In this document: positions 1 through 9,273 of the stretch, piece after piece | Numbering within the stretch: position 1 is the stretch's first letter | Layout: each line of letters starts with the position of its first letter | IMG/VR virus record: IMGVR_UViG_3300022821_000112 | Location: 1 to 24,207 of that record | Reading direction: 5' to 3' (one strand) | DNA: 24,207 nucleotides | DNA from: a virus | Lineage: Duplodnaviria; Caudoviricetes | The notes under the pieces: generated by a model | The model's database searches: none | Seen by the model: the letters and a program-made list of their open reading frames with translations, nothing else | Told to the model about the DNA's origin: nothing | Made by a program: the position numbers and the translations under genes

Positions 1-396
1 GACTACGTCACGGAGTACATGCAGGCTAATAAAGGAGCCGAGCCTACCGAGAAGCAGATGTCAGCGAAAGCTGTGTCGCTTATGACGGAGGTCGTGGTCG
101 ACCCGCCGGGCTACCGCAACAAAAAGACGCTGTACTTGTTCGAGCTGGAGAATATGTCCGACGAGCAGCGCGAAAGCCTCGTCATCCGTAAAGACGAGCG
201 GGAGGTCGTCGACGGGAAGCACCCACCCCCCATACAGGAGAAGAACATCGACAAGTGGTTGAGGGGTCAAGGCTTCACAGCGGCTCAGATAAAAATGATC
301 CCGGAGCGGGATCGCGGGCAGATCGCTGGCAGTATGGTCACCCGTAATGCCACGCGGCTCTCCGCCATCCTCGCCCGCCTCAAAGCGGTTCGCTGA
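1..396 (+). CDS. C-terminal part of a probable internal virion/structural protein (5'-truncated by window)
   Basis: Frame is open from base 1 (GAC TAC GTC ACG GAG TAC ATG...), so ATG at 19 is probably internal. TGA ends 2 nt before the ATG of the giant protein. Function inferred from position only. Confidence 0.5.
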   Translation, partial: DYVTEYMQANKGAEPTEKQMSAKAVSLMTEVVVDPPGYRNKKTLYLFELENMSDEQRESLVIRKDEREVVDGKHPPPIQEKNIDKWLRGQGFTAAQIKMIPERDRGQIAGSMVTRNATRLSAILARLKAVR

Positions 397-398
397 TT

Positions 399-3300
399 AT
401 GGAAGGTAGTATCCTCGGCTCGATCGACGATGCGATGCGCGACGACGATGATCAGAGTGTCGCCGCCGACAGCACCTCCGTGACTTTGGGGTCCGCGCAG
501 GCAGAGCCGCCGGACGCGCCAGAAGATGCGGCTATGCTGCAGTCAATCGACACGGCTGTGGATGCCGACCCCGCCGATCGTCAAGCCATCGACCTGAACC
601 TGACCACCCCGGCGCCAGAGGCGCGCCGTGCTTTGTCCCTGTCCCAGCAGACCGGCGTACCCGTAGACGTCGCCACAGACGCGCCGGAGGAGACCGAGCG
701 CCTCCGTATGCTGCAGAGCATCGACGACGCTACATCCGACGCACCCGTGAGCCGGGGTATCGTCACGGATCCCGATCTGGGTCCCTACGTCACCGATGAT
801 ATCGATTACATCGTGGATATGGAGCGCCTCGCGGATCCGCGATACGCGGAAGCGGAAGCGAGCCAAGGCCCCGGAGGCTTCACTGATAATGATCTGGTAC
901 GGGGTGTGCGCGCGCTGGGCCGTGCCGCCTATCGAAGTGGCCTGCGTATCGATAGTGGTGATAAAGCCGCCGCCGTCGAGATACACGCGCAGAACCTTCA
1001 GGACCAGAGCCGGTCGTTCGGGGAGATATGGGAGGATCAGCGGTCCACTCACACGCAGGATGATTTCGTCAACGTCCCCGGTCTGGACGACATTACGATC
1101 ACGGCGTACCGCTGGATGCGTGCGCGTCTGACAAATGAGATCTCCGATCCCGAAGCGGACGCCCTCGAGGCGGTGGCCGCATCGAAGCGGGCGGAGGCAC
1201 GTTTCGCTGCCGTCCCTAAATCCCAGACCGCTGATCGCGCGATGAAGGAATGGACACACGCTACGCAGACCAACGGCTGGGCGGGCGCATTCGATTATAT
1301 GGCGGACAACCCGATGGGTATCGCCGCACTCGCGATCGAGACGGCGTTCGAGTTCGCCGTGCCTCTCGCAGCTGTGACCGCAGGGTCCGTCCTGACCGGC
1401 GGTGTGGGGGCGCCTGCGATGATGGGCGCCGCGTCGTTCTTTACAGAGCGGTATCAAAACCCGGCGGAGTTCTTCAAAGAGAAGGGTTTCGATACGAGCA
1501 AACCGGAGGATGTACTGAGGATCCTGCAGGACCCGGAGGTCATGCAGGAACTGAAGGATCAGCGGTTCACCAAGGCGTCGATCGTCGGCGCCTTCGACGC
1601 CCTGACGATGGGCCTCGCCGGTAAGGTGTTCGGCGGTCAGCTGACGAACATGGCGTCTCAACTCGCCATCCAGATGGCTGGCGGTGGTGGGGGTGAGTTC
1701 TTAGGAGAGTACGCTGCTACCGGTAAAATCAACCCGACAGAGATCCTGCTCGAGATGATCGCGGAGATGGTCACGACGCCTGTGGACATCGCCATCATGG
1801 GGATCGACGAGGTCGGGTCCAAACGTGAGAAGAAGCGTGTTGAGAAGGAGCAGACCGAGGCGGCTGTCGCTTATAAGGACCGCCTCACAGAGATTGTTGA
1901 TCGGTCGGGTAAGACGAAGTTGATGACCGAGGCGCCGGAGCTGTTCCAGCAAGTCATCGAGCGCCTGACCGGATCCACGGACATGGCAGAGATCAACTTC
2001 AACCCGGCGGGCATCGAGGCGTTCGTGACGGCGATGGAGCAGCCCGAGGCGGCCAAGGTCTTCTACGACACGCTCGGCCTCGACGTCGCTGACCTCAATG
2101 AGGCGCGCGTCCTCGGTCTGGACCTTACGGTCCCGATCGACAGCTACATCAAGGCCCTGACGCAGCAGGGGGAGATCTCCGAGGATCTGCGTAATGCCGT
2201 GATCTCGAACACGCGCGCCGAGCTGGGCGCCGCGACGTTCGCCGAGGCAGAGGTCGCCCTGAACGATATGGAGGCGTCTGCCGCCGGTCGTGCTGCGGCT
2301 GCGGAGGCGCAGGCCGAAGTCGACGCCGCTGCCGCCCCGGAGGCTGAACCGCCGACCGAGGCCGCGCAGATCGAAGATAGTGTCGACACGCTAATGAAGG
2401 ATATTACAGACGAGGCCGCCGTGACCGGTGCCGATCGTACGCGCACCCGTGCGCTCCTGACTGCCGTACGGGAGGCTGTACGCACCGAGATCAATTCCCG
2501 GACTGCAGAGGGCAAGGGGGCCGACGATCTACTCTCCAGCGTGCGCGCTCGCAACCTGACGCCTACCGTACGGCAGACCACGGCCCCTGAGATGGCGGAC
2601 CCGGCGGAGCTGGATCAGCAGGCCGCAGAGTTCGGTGTGGACCCGGCGACACTGGCGGCGGAGCTGAAGGCCGCCGGTGGCGACATCACGCTGACGCCGC
2701 TCTTCAAGGCGTGGTTTGAGGGTAGCGAGGTCGCGCTGGATGACGGCACACCGATGGTCGTCTACCACGGGACGAATACGACCTTCGATGCCTTCGAGCA
2801 GAGCGAGGGGTGGTACGGCGACGGTACCTACTTCACCGCCGACAGTCGGTACGCGTCCGAGTTCGCCGACGACGAGGGCGGCAATGTTATGCCGGTATAT
2901 CTCAGCATGCGGAACCCTTACTTCTTCAAACCTGAATTGAGCGATGTGGCGTCGAATACCCAATTGGCTCAGGAGTTGGGTTTCTCCGCAGATGAGGTTG
3001 ACGCGGCCCTCACCGACTACGCGTTCGGGCACCTGATCCCTAACGCTCTGATGGATCTCGGGTACGACGGTATCATTATTCAAGACCCGTCCACGGCGAC
3101 AGAGTACGTCGTATTTGACGGGAGCCAGATCAAATCTACAATGAACTCCGGTGCGTTCAGCCCGGACAGCGACAACATCCTCGAGCAGGCTGGCTCACAC
3201 ATGTTTGGCAACCCGCTCCCCGTCGAACCTACCGGCGGCGCGAAGGGCAAGACCGTAACGATCAAAGACATCGGCAAGGCCTTTGACGATAACCATCAGG

Positions 3301-6300
3301 CGGTTCACGGCGCGCAGTTGACCCCGGAGACCGACGAGGCGCATCACGCTGAAGTAATGAAGATGGCGCGCAGCGAGCTGGAGGCCCAGATGAAGCGCCC
3401 CAACTCCGGCGTGGGCTGGTACGAGCAGGACGTCGTTGACGCGCTGGTTGACACCGCCCAGATCTTTCCGACGCTGTTGACAGACAAGAGCCATCGCGAT
3501 CTGTACCTAATGTTCGCGGGCGTATTCTCAAACGGTATGAACCCGGCGCAGGCGTGGGAAGCGTCCGCCGTGGCATTCGAGCTGTTCCTTCAGGACGGAG
3601 TTATCCCGACGACCCGCGTGCCTTTGAAAGGCGAGCCGCAGTTGTGGGCGGAGGCGTTCTACGACAAGAAGAACAAGAAGCAGGTACCCCGGCGCCACGT
3701 CGGTTGGGGTGTCCGTAATGCGGGAAACACCCAGCAGCTGACGTTCATGAAATTTCTGGTCGAGCGTGAGGGCGGGCTGCAGGAGGCGATGGATTGGATG
3801 AAGAACGTCCAGTCTCCGTTGGACATCAACAATGCTATGCGGGAGAGCGGCGCCTACAAGGCCAAGTACCCGCGCTTCACCAAAGCCGAAGAGGGCGGTG
3901 CGCCCACTTACGGGGCGCTGGCCTTCGGTGACAAGCTGGGCCGCTACACTGTTGGGCTGCACGGCATCGATATATCAGCGGGTGATACCACGAGCGATCT
4001 ATGGTATACTCGTACGTTCAGGCGCTGGACCGGTCGTATGTTTGAGGCACCTCTCGGTAAAGAGGGTGTCGCCGCCCAGCCAAATAACGACGCAGAGCGT
4101 GACGCCGTTTTCCGCATCACCGGGGAACTGGCCCACGAATACGATTTGAAGCCGGGCGACGTTCAAGCCGTCCTCTGGTTCTTTGAGAAACGCCTTTGGC
4201 ATGAACATGGGAGTGCGCTAGATGAAGGAACCAATAGCAAGGGAGCGAGCAATCTCCTTGGGAAAAGAGGCGTTCAGCCAGCCGGTGACGGAGCGGGAAG
4301 CTCAGGAGCGGATACGGAAGCTGATCGCCAAGGAGGAAAGCTCCGCCAAGAGCGGATAGACTTCAACGAGCGGAATAAAGCCGCCGACCCCGGCACCCTG
4401 TATCAAGGCGCGCAGGACCAGACCGACCCCAGCCTCGTCAACCAGCGCCTCGACGGTCCCCTCGGATCCTTCTCGCCGGAGACGCTGACGATCAACCTGT
4501 TCGAGACGGCTGACCTGTCGACCCTCCTGCACGAGGGCGGGCACTTCTTCGTCGAGATGCTGGGACGCCTGGCGCAGCTCCCCAACGCCTCGACGCGCAC
4601 GATCGAGAACTACAACGCCATGCTCCGGTGGGCAGGCGCCCGCACGGCGGCGGATCTCGATGTGGCACTCTACGGAGACGAGGCGCGCGCCAAGCAGGAA
4701 CGGCTGGCCGAAGCCTTCGAGGCGTACCTCAAGGAGGGCAAGGCGCCCTCGACCGCGCTTCGACGGGCGTTCGCCCAGTTCCGTTCGTGGCTCCTCTTCG
4801 TGTACGAGAGCGTCACCAGCCAGCGCCGGTTGGGTACCGAGATCGACCCGGAGATCAGCGCGATATTTGATAAGCTTCTGGCGACGGACGCCCAGATCGA
4901 GGAGATGGCCGTCCTCAACGAGTTCCATACATCATCCCTGTCGCCGGAGATGCGTGCGCTGATGACGCCTGCAGAGGCAGCGGCGCATGACGCACTGCTG
5001 GCGGAGGCCGACGCGATCGCTGCTGAAGACACAGCTGCGCGCTCCGCCGTCGAGGAAGCGAAGACGCAGGAGCAGGCATACAAAAAGGCGTTCGAGAACA
5101 ACCGGGCGTCTGTCGAGGAGCAGCTTTGGTCGCGGACCGACTACGCCGCATTCTGGTATCTTACGCGTGGCAGCCATCGGGACGCCGACACGCCCTCCAG
5201 TATGGCGAACCGCCGCCTTTCCAAAAAGCAGCTCCTCGAGAACCACACCGCAGAGGAGCTGGCCGCACTTCCGAAGCACCGCCGTAATATTTTTACCGAC
5301 GATGCGGAGACGGCAACATCGCCAGACCAACTCGCCAACTACCTCGGCTTCGAGACGGCGAGCGAGCTGCTCACAGTTATGACAAACCTTCGGGATCCGG
5401 CGACTGCCATCGACGAGGAGGCGGGTATGCTGACCCGCACCGAGATGGCCGAGCCTGAAGAGGCCGGTGCAGACTTCGAGACAGACCGTCTCTATAACGA
5501 GGCGCGCCTCAAGGCGATCGACATTGAGCTTAACGCCCTCGCCAAGGCGGCGGGCCGATCGGCTCCGAGCAAGGCGGCGGTCGAGCAGCTCGTCCTGAAC
5601 GTCCTCGAGCGTACGCCCCTCAAGGATCTCCTGAACCCAGCGAAGTTCATCGCGACCGCCGTACGTGAGGCGCGCTCCTCTGCCGCCGCAGAGGCTAAGG
5701 GCGACCACCTGAAGGCGTTCACGCACAAACGTAAGCAGCTCATGAACCACGAGCTGGCCCGCCGGTCGATCGCTGCCCGCAAGAGCACAGACACGCACAT
5801 CAAGTATCTGCGCCGGTTCGAGAAGCGGAACAAATGGAATAATATGGACGCGGATTATCTCGAGCAGATCCGCGAGATCACCGGCGCCTACCGTCTGCGG
5901 TCCGACATATCTGACAACAAGCGCGAGGCGTTCAACGCCGAGGCGTTCGCTTCTTGGGTGAAGCGGGCCGAGGCGGGCGACGGCGCCATCCTGATAATCC
6001 CGGACGAGATCCTCGAGGCTGACAGCATGCCTCACTGGAAGACGCTGACGATGAACCAGTTCAACGCGCTGGTGTCTGCGGTCAAGAACATCGACAAGCA
6101 GGGCCGGAACGCCAAGCAGTTGATCATCGAGAGCAAGCGGGTGGACCGAGAGCTTGCGGTCGCGCACATCCTGTCCCGCATGGACCGCCTGCCCCAGACC
6201 AACCGCATGGCGCGCAGGGCCGCAGGTAAGGAGGCGTGGTTCGACCCGGCACTGCATGCGCTCGCATGGGGTGACGCCGGTCTCCTGAAGATGTCGTTCC

Positions 6301-8243
6301 TGCTGGAGATGATGGATGGCGCCCCTGAAGGCCCGGCGCAGCGCGCGTTCTACGATCCGTTCGCGCAGGCCGAGATGGCAGAGAACCGGATGATCTATGC
6401 CTTCGGTAAGAACTTCGACGCTGCCTTCCAAGGATTGCCGGACGCGTCGCGCCGTGCGTTCAACCAAAAGAAGTGGGTGCCCGAGCTAGGGCATAACATG
6501 TCGCGCGCACAGATCCTCCACATGGCAGCGAACACCGGCAACGCGAGCAACCTTCAGAAGATGATCGAGGGATCCACGAAGAGCCGTATCGACGGCTCCC
6601 TTGTCCTGACCGAAGAGAAGGTCAGCGCCGTGCTGGAGACCTTGACCGCCGAGGAGATCGCGTTCGTCAACCAGCTGTGGCAGATGTTCGAGGATCAACG
6701 CGACGCCGTCGGTGATGTGTGGCGTAAGGAGCACGGCGAGGCCCCTATCTGGATGGACGCCCTGGAGGTCGAGCTGCCCAACGGCACGCTCACCGGTGGC
6801 TACATCCCCATGATGTACGACCCGACGGATAGCGCGCAGGGCGAGCAAATTGAGAACAAGACGGCGCTCGAGGCGATGCAGTCTGAGCAGGTAAAGGCGT
6901 CTGTGTTCTCCGGCATGACCAAGGCCCGCACCGGGTTCTCCGCGCCGGTCCTTCTGGACCTCACGCGGATCCCCGGCAAGCTACAGGAGACCGCGCACTT
7001 CGTGACGCATTACGAGGCTGTGCGGCAGGCCGACCGTCTGCTCGCGAATAAGGATCTCGAGAACGCGATCGTCAACCGCTTCGGCCCTGAATACTACTCC
7101 GCCCTTCAGGCGTGGGTGGGTACGGTGGCGCTCGGCGGGAAGGGGGGGACGATCCACCGGTTCGACGTCCTCGGTAAGATGGTCGAGCATATGCGTAATA
7201 ACGCGACTGTCGCCATCATGGGTGCGTCTGCGACGACAATGCTGACGCAGCCCCTCGGTGTATTCACATCGATCGACACGCTCGCTCTGGGGGTCGATGG
7301 TAAGGCCAAGCCGGGGCGGGGTGCTCTCGCGTTCGCCAAGGGTGTCCTGAAGGCGTTCGATCGGGACGCGTGGAAGCAGGCGCTCGAGGCATCGTCCGAG
7401 CTGCGGTTCAGGATGGAGAACTCCGATCGCGATGTCCGGCACGCTATATCGAAGCTGCGCGGTATGAAGGGTACCAAGTCGGAGATCCAGCGGTTCCTTC
7501 TGATCGGGATCCCGGCGGTGCAGTTTGCGACTGTCGATATGCCGACGTGGTTGGCCGCATACAACATGGGTCTGAAGGAGGCACTGTCTCAAGCCGACGC
7601 CGTTGCCTTCGCCGATCGCACGCTCGGTAAGACGCAGGGTGGTGGCTCACCGAAGGATCTCGCGGCAGCTATGTCTGTACGCGGATCCGCGCGGGCCGTC
7701 ACGATGTTCATGACGTTCTTCTCGACGCTCTACGGGATCCAGCGACGCTTGGGTAACCAGCGCGAGATGTCGGCGTCATACATGTACCGGCTCTTCGTCG
7801 GCTCGTTCACCTTGTACGTCCTGCCCTCCATAATCGAGGGGATCTTCCGCCTCGAGGCGCCGGACTTCGACGACGAGGACTACCCGGAGTGGCTCGCTAT
7901 GAAGGTGATGCTGTTCGCCGGGTCGACGGTTCCTGTTGCGCGAGATCTCGTCAGCGGCGCGTTCTCGAAGTACGGGTACAGCCCGACACCGCTCGCCAGT
8001 ATAGGCGAGAGCACGGCAAACTCTGTGACGGAGCTGCACAAGCTCATCGCCGGTGAGAAGGATATGGACGCCAAAACGCTGCAGAAGGCGATCGCCCTGC
8101 TCGGCTGGTGGACCGGCAGAATACCTTCCACACAGCTCAATCGCGTGGTAAAAGCCTTCGATAAGTACGACGACGAGGGAGGCCGCGACTTTAATTACTG
8201 GCAATTTATTGTCGGCCCGGACAAACGGGATGAGGAGAATTAA
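399..8243 (+). CDS. Large polyvalent internal virion (DNA-ejection-type) protein, 2614 aa, with ART, glycosylase-like and HExxH metallopeptidase-like domains
   Basis: Long ORF directly upstream of tail-fibre genes. Ala/Gly-rich hydrophobic N-terminal segments; ART motifs YHGT/GTYFT/EYVVF; LFETADLSTLLHEGGHFF...QERLAEAFEAYL; helical C-terminal region (TQGGG..KDL..TMF.TFF) typical of podoviral ejection proteins. Confidence 0.8.
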   Translation: MEGSILGSIDDAMRDDDDQSVAADSTSVTLGSAQAEPPDAPEDAAMLQSIDTAVDADPADRQAIDLNLTTPAPEARRALSLSQQTGVPVDVATDAPEETERLRMLQSIDDATSDAPVSRGIVTDPDLGPYVTDDIDYIVDMERLADPRYAEAEASQGPGGFTDNDLVRGVRALGRAAYRSGLRIDSGDKAAAVEIHAQNLQDQSRSFGEIWEDQRSTHTQDDFVNVPGLDDITITAYRWMRARLTNEISDPEADALEAVAASKRAEARFAAVPKSQTADRAMKEWTHATQTNGWAGAFDYMADNPMGIAALAIETAFEFAVPLAAVTAGSVLTGGVGAPAMMGAASFFTERYQNPAEFFKEKGFDTSKPEDVLRILQDPEVMQELKDQRFTKASIVGAFDALTMGLAGKVFGGQLTNMASQLAIQMAGGGGGEFLGEYAATGKINPTEILLEMIAEMVTTPVDIAIMGIDEVGSKREKKRVEKEQTEAAVAYKDRLTEIVDRSGKTKLMTEAPELFQQVIERLTGSTDMAEINFNPAGIEAFVTAMEQPEAAKVFYDTLGLDVADLNEARVLGLDLTVPIDSYIKALTQQGEISEDLRNAVISNTRAELGAATFAEAEVALNDMEASAAGRAAAAEAQAEVDAAAAPEAEPPTEAAQIEDSVDTLMKDITDEAAVTGADRTRTRALLTAVREAVRTEINSRTAEGKGADDLLSSVRARNLTPTVRQTTAPEMADPAELDQQAAEFGVDPATLAAELKAAGGDITLTPLFKAWFEGSEVALDDGTPMVVYHGTNTTFDAFEQSEGWYGDGTYFTADSRYASEFADDEGGNVMPVYLSMRNPYFFKPELSDVASNTQLAQELGFSADEVDAALTDYAFGHLIPNALMDLGYDGIIIQDPSTATEYVVFDGSQIKSTMNSGAFSPDSDNILEQAGSHMFGNPLPVEPTGGAKGKTVTIKDIGKAFDDNHQAVHGAQLTPETDEAHHAEVMKMARSELEAQMKRPNSGVGWYEQDVVDALVDTAQIFPTLLTDKSHRDLYLMFAGVFSNGMNPAQAWEASAVAFELFLQDGVIPTTRVPLKGEPQLWAEAFYDKKNKKQVPRRHVGWGVRNAGNTQQLTFMKFLVEREGGLQEAMDWMKNVQSPLDINNAMRESGAYKAKYPRFTKAEEGGAPTYGALAFGDKLGRYTVGLHGIDISAGDTTSDLWYTRTFRRWTGRMFEAPLGKEGVAAQPNNDAERDAVFRITGELAHEYDLKPGDVQAVLWFFEKRLWHEHGSALDEGTNSKGASNLLGKRGVQPAGDGAGSSGADTEADRQGGKLRQERIDFNERNKAADPGTLYQGAQDQTDPSLVNQRLDGPLGSFSPETLTINLFETADLSTLLHEGGHFFVEMLGRLAQLPNASTRTIENYNAMLRWAGARTAADLDVALYGDEARAKQERLAEAFEAYLKEGKAPSTALRRAFAQFRSWLLFVYESVTSQRRLGTEIDPEISAIFDKLLATDAQIEEMAVLNEFHTSSLSPEMRALMTPAEAAAHDALLAEADAIAAEDTAARSAVEEAKTQEQAYKKAFENNRASVEEQLWSRTDYAAFWYLTRGSHRDADTPSSMANRRLSKKQLLENHTAEELAALPKHRRNIFTDDAETATSPDQLANYLGFETASELLTVMTNLRDPATAIDEEAGMLTRTEMAEPEEAGADFETDRLYNEARLKAIDIELNALAKAAGRSAPSKAAVEQLVLNVLERTPLKDLLNPAKFIATAVREARSSAAAEAKGDHLKAFTHKRKQLMNHELARRSIAARKSTDTHIKYLRRFEKRNKWNNMDADYLEQIREITGAYRLRSDISDNKREAFNAEAFASWVKRAEAGDGAILIIPDEILEADSMPHWKTLTMNQFNALVSAVKNIDKQGRNAKQLIIESKRVDRELAVAHILSRMDRLPQTNRMARRAAGKEAWFDPALHALAWGDAGLLKMSFLLEMMDGAPEGPAQRAFYDPFAQAEMAENRMIYAFGKNFDAAFQGLPDASRRAFNQKKWVPELGHNMSRAQILHMAANTGNASNLQKMIEGSTKSRIDGSLVLTEEKVSAVLETLTAEEIAFVNQLWQMFEDQRDAVGDVWRKEHGEAPIWMDALEVELPNGTLTGGYIPMMYDPTDSAQGEQIENKTALEAMQSEQVKASVFSGMTKARTGFSAPVLLDLTRIPGKLQETAHFVTHYEAVRQADRLLANKDLENAIVNRFGPEYYSALQAWVGTVALGGKGGTIHRFDVLGKMVEHMRNNATVAIMGASATTMLTQPLGVFTSIDTLALGVDGKAKPGRGALAFAKGVLKAFDRDAWKQALEASSELRFRMENSDRDVRHAISKLRGMKGTKSEIQRFLLIGIPAVQFATVDMPTWLAAYNMGLKEALSQADAVAFADRTLGKTQGGGSPKDLAAAMSVRGSARAVTMFMTFFSTLYGIQRRLGNQREMSASYMYRLFVGSFTLYVLPSIIEGIFRLEAPDFDDEDYPEWLAMKVMLFAGSTVPVARDLVSGAFSKYGYSPTPLASIGESTANSVTELHKLIAGEKDMDAKTLQKAIALLGWWTGRIPSTQLNRVVKAFDKYDDEGGRDFNYWQFIVGPDKRDEEN
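2694..3188 (+). other. ADP-ribosyltransferase domain (ART-PolyVal-like), aa ~766-930 of the giant protein
   Basis: FKAWF...GTPMVVYHGT...F..F....G.YGDGTYFT....YASEFA...GNVMPVYLSMRNP...GYDGIII...EYVVFDGSQIKS..N.GAFSP..DNILEQ; H, Y-F-T and E catalytic-position residues present. Confidence 0.85.
3408..4200 (+). other. Helical domain resembling HhH-type DNA-glycosylase-like phage domains (DUF7178-like)
   Basis: Motif series G.GWY...FAGVFSNG...A...GDKLGRY...G....T.DLWYTR..RRW.G...ELA......DVQAVLW; family recalled from memory, not verified. Confidence 0.45.
4455..4905 (+). other. HExxH zincin-like metallopeptidase domain (MPTase-like)
   Basis: HEGGH at 4530-4544 (aa 1378-1382) and downstream E in QERLAEAFE (4698), a plausible third metal ligand. 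Confidence 0.65.
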
Positions 8244-8246
8244 GGA

Positions 8247-9269
8247 ATGACGGTCCCATCAGAAGTAAACAAGATTGTGCACGCAGGCGACGGCGCGACA
8301 GCGGAGTTCACGACCAGCTTCACGTTCGCCGCTGACGCCGAGGTGACCGTGACCCTCGTCGACGACCTTACGGCTGCCGAGACCTTATGGACGGCGGGCA
8401 CAGAGTACACCCTGACCGGCGCAAACACCGGTAACGCCGGTGTCCTGACCGTCGATACCAGCCCGTCAGATTACACCCCCCTTACCGACGAGAGCCTCGT
8501 CATCGAGCTGAAGCCGGACTTCATACAGGGGACACGCCTTCCCCGGTCCGGTAACGTCAGCCCACGCGACGTACTCGAGCCGATGCACGACAATCGCGTC
8601 CGGCAGCTCCTGCGCCTCCTCGACCTTGTGAGCCGGTCTATCCAGATCCCTCTAACGGAAACCTCCATCGGCGACGTCCCGTCGGTCGCCAACCGCATGA
8701 ACAAATTCTTCCGGTTCGACGCCTCCGGGGATCCCGAGGCGTATGACATCGCCCTGCTCGATGCGCTTACGTTGCCCGTCGATTTCACTGATGGCGGCAC
8801 CGGTGCGAGTTATGCCAACGCGGCGGCGCTTCTGACGGGCCTCGGCCTGCGGACGGCTGCGGCACAGGACGCACTCGTCGGATCTACGGTGCAGCCTTAC
8901 AGCGCCCTGACCGCGCTCCTCAATACGAAGCAGCCGTGGACGAACCAGCAGTATTACACGCCGAAGACCGATGATGCTCAGGCGGCGGGCGTCTTAACCG
9001 TGGATTTCGATGCGGCTGGCGCGTACCGGGAGATCACGCTGACGGCTGCTGTCACGACGATGACCCTCAACAACATGGAGCCGGGCGGCGTCTACCGTAT
9101 CCGCTTCACCGGGGCGTTCACCATTACCGGGTGGGCGGCAGATGTCGTGAATGATTTCACATGGCCGCTCGATACGGAGCATGTTTTTGGTGTCACCGAA
9201 TACACCGAAGTCACGATCATGGCGGGCAACACGACCAACCTGATCTCCGCCCTCGACTTCGGAGCCTGA
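8247..9269 (+). CDS. Tail-fibre adaptor/tail fibre with T7-type N-terminal tail-attachment domain
   Basis: N-terminus GDGATAEFTTSFTF...VTVTL...EYTLTG...G...L..MHD..V..L resembles the T7 gp17-like attachment domain; beta-rich C-terminal domain; follows the ejection protein. Confidence 0.65.
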   Translation: MTVPSEVNKIVHAGDGATAEFTTSFTFAADAEVTVTLVDDLTAAETLWTAGTEYTLTGANTGNAGVLTVDTSPSDYTPLTDESLVIELKPDFIQGTRLPRSGNVSPRDVLEPMHDNRVRQLLRLLDLVSRSIQIPLTETSIGDVPSVANRMNKFFRFDASGDPEAYDIALLDALTLPVDFTDGGTGASYANAAALLTGLGLRTAAAQDALVGSTVQPYSALTALLNTKQPWTNQQYYTPKTDDAQAAGVLTVDFDAAGAYREITLTAAVTTMTLNNMEPGGVYRIRFTGAFTITGWAADVVNDFTWPLDTEHVFGVTEYTEVTIMAGNTTNLISALDFGA

Positions 9270-9273
9270 TAGA

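Noticed and set aside
543-8204. Long antisense ORFs inside the giant gene (e.g. 543-1661, 4932-6467, 6981-7592)
   Set aside because: Shadow ORFs expected opposite GC-rich coding sequence; no RBS or protein motifs.
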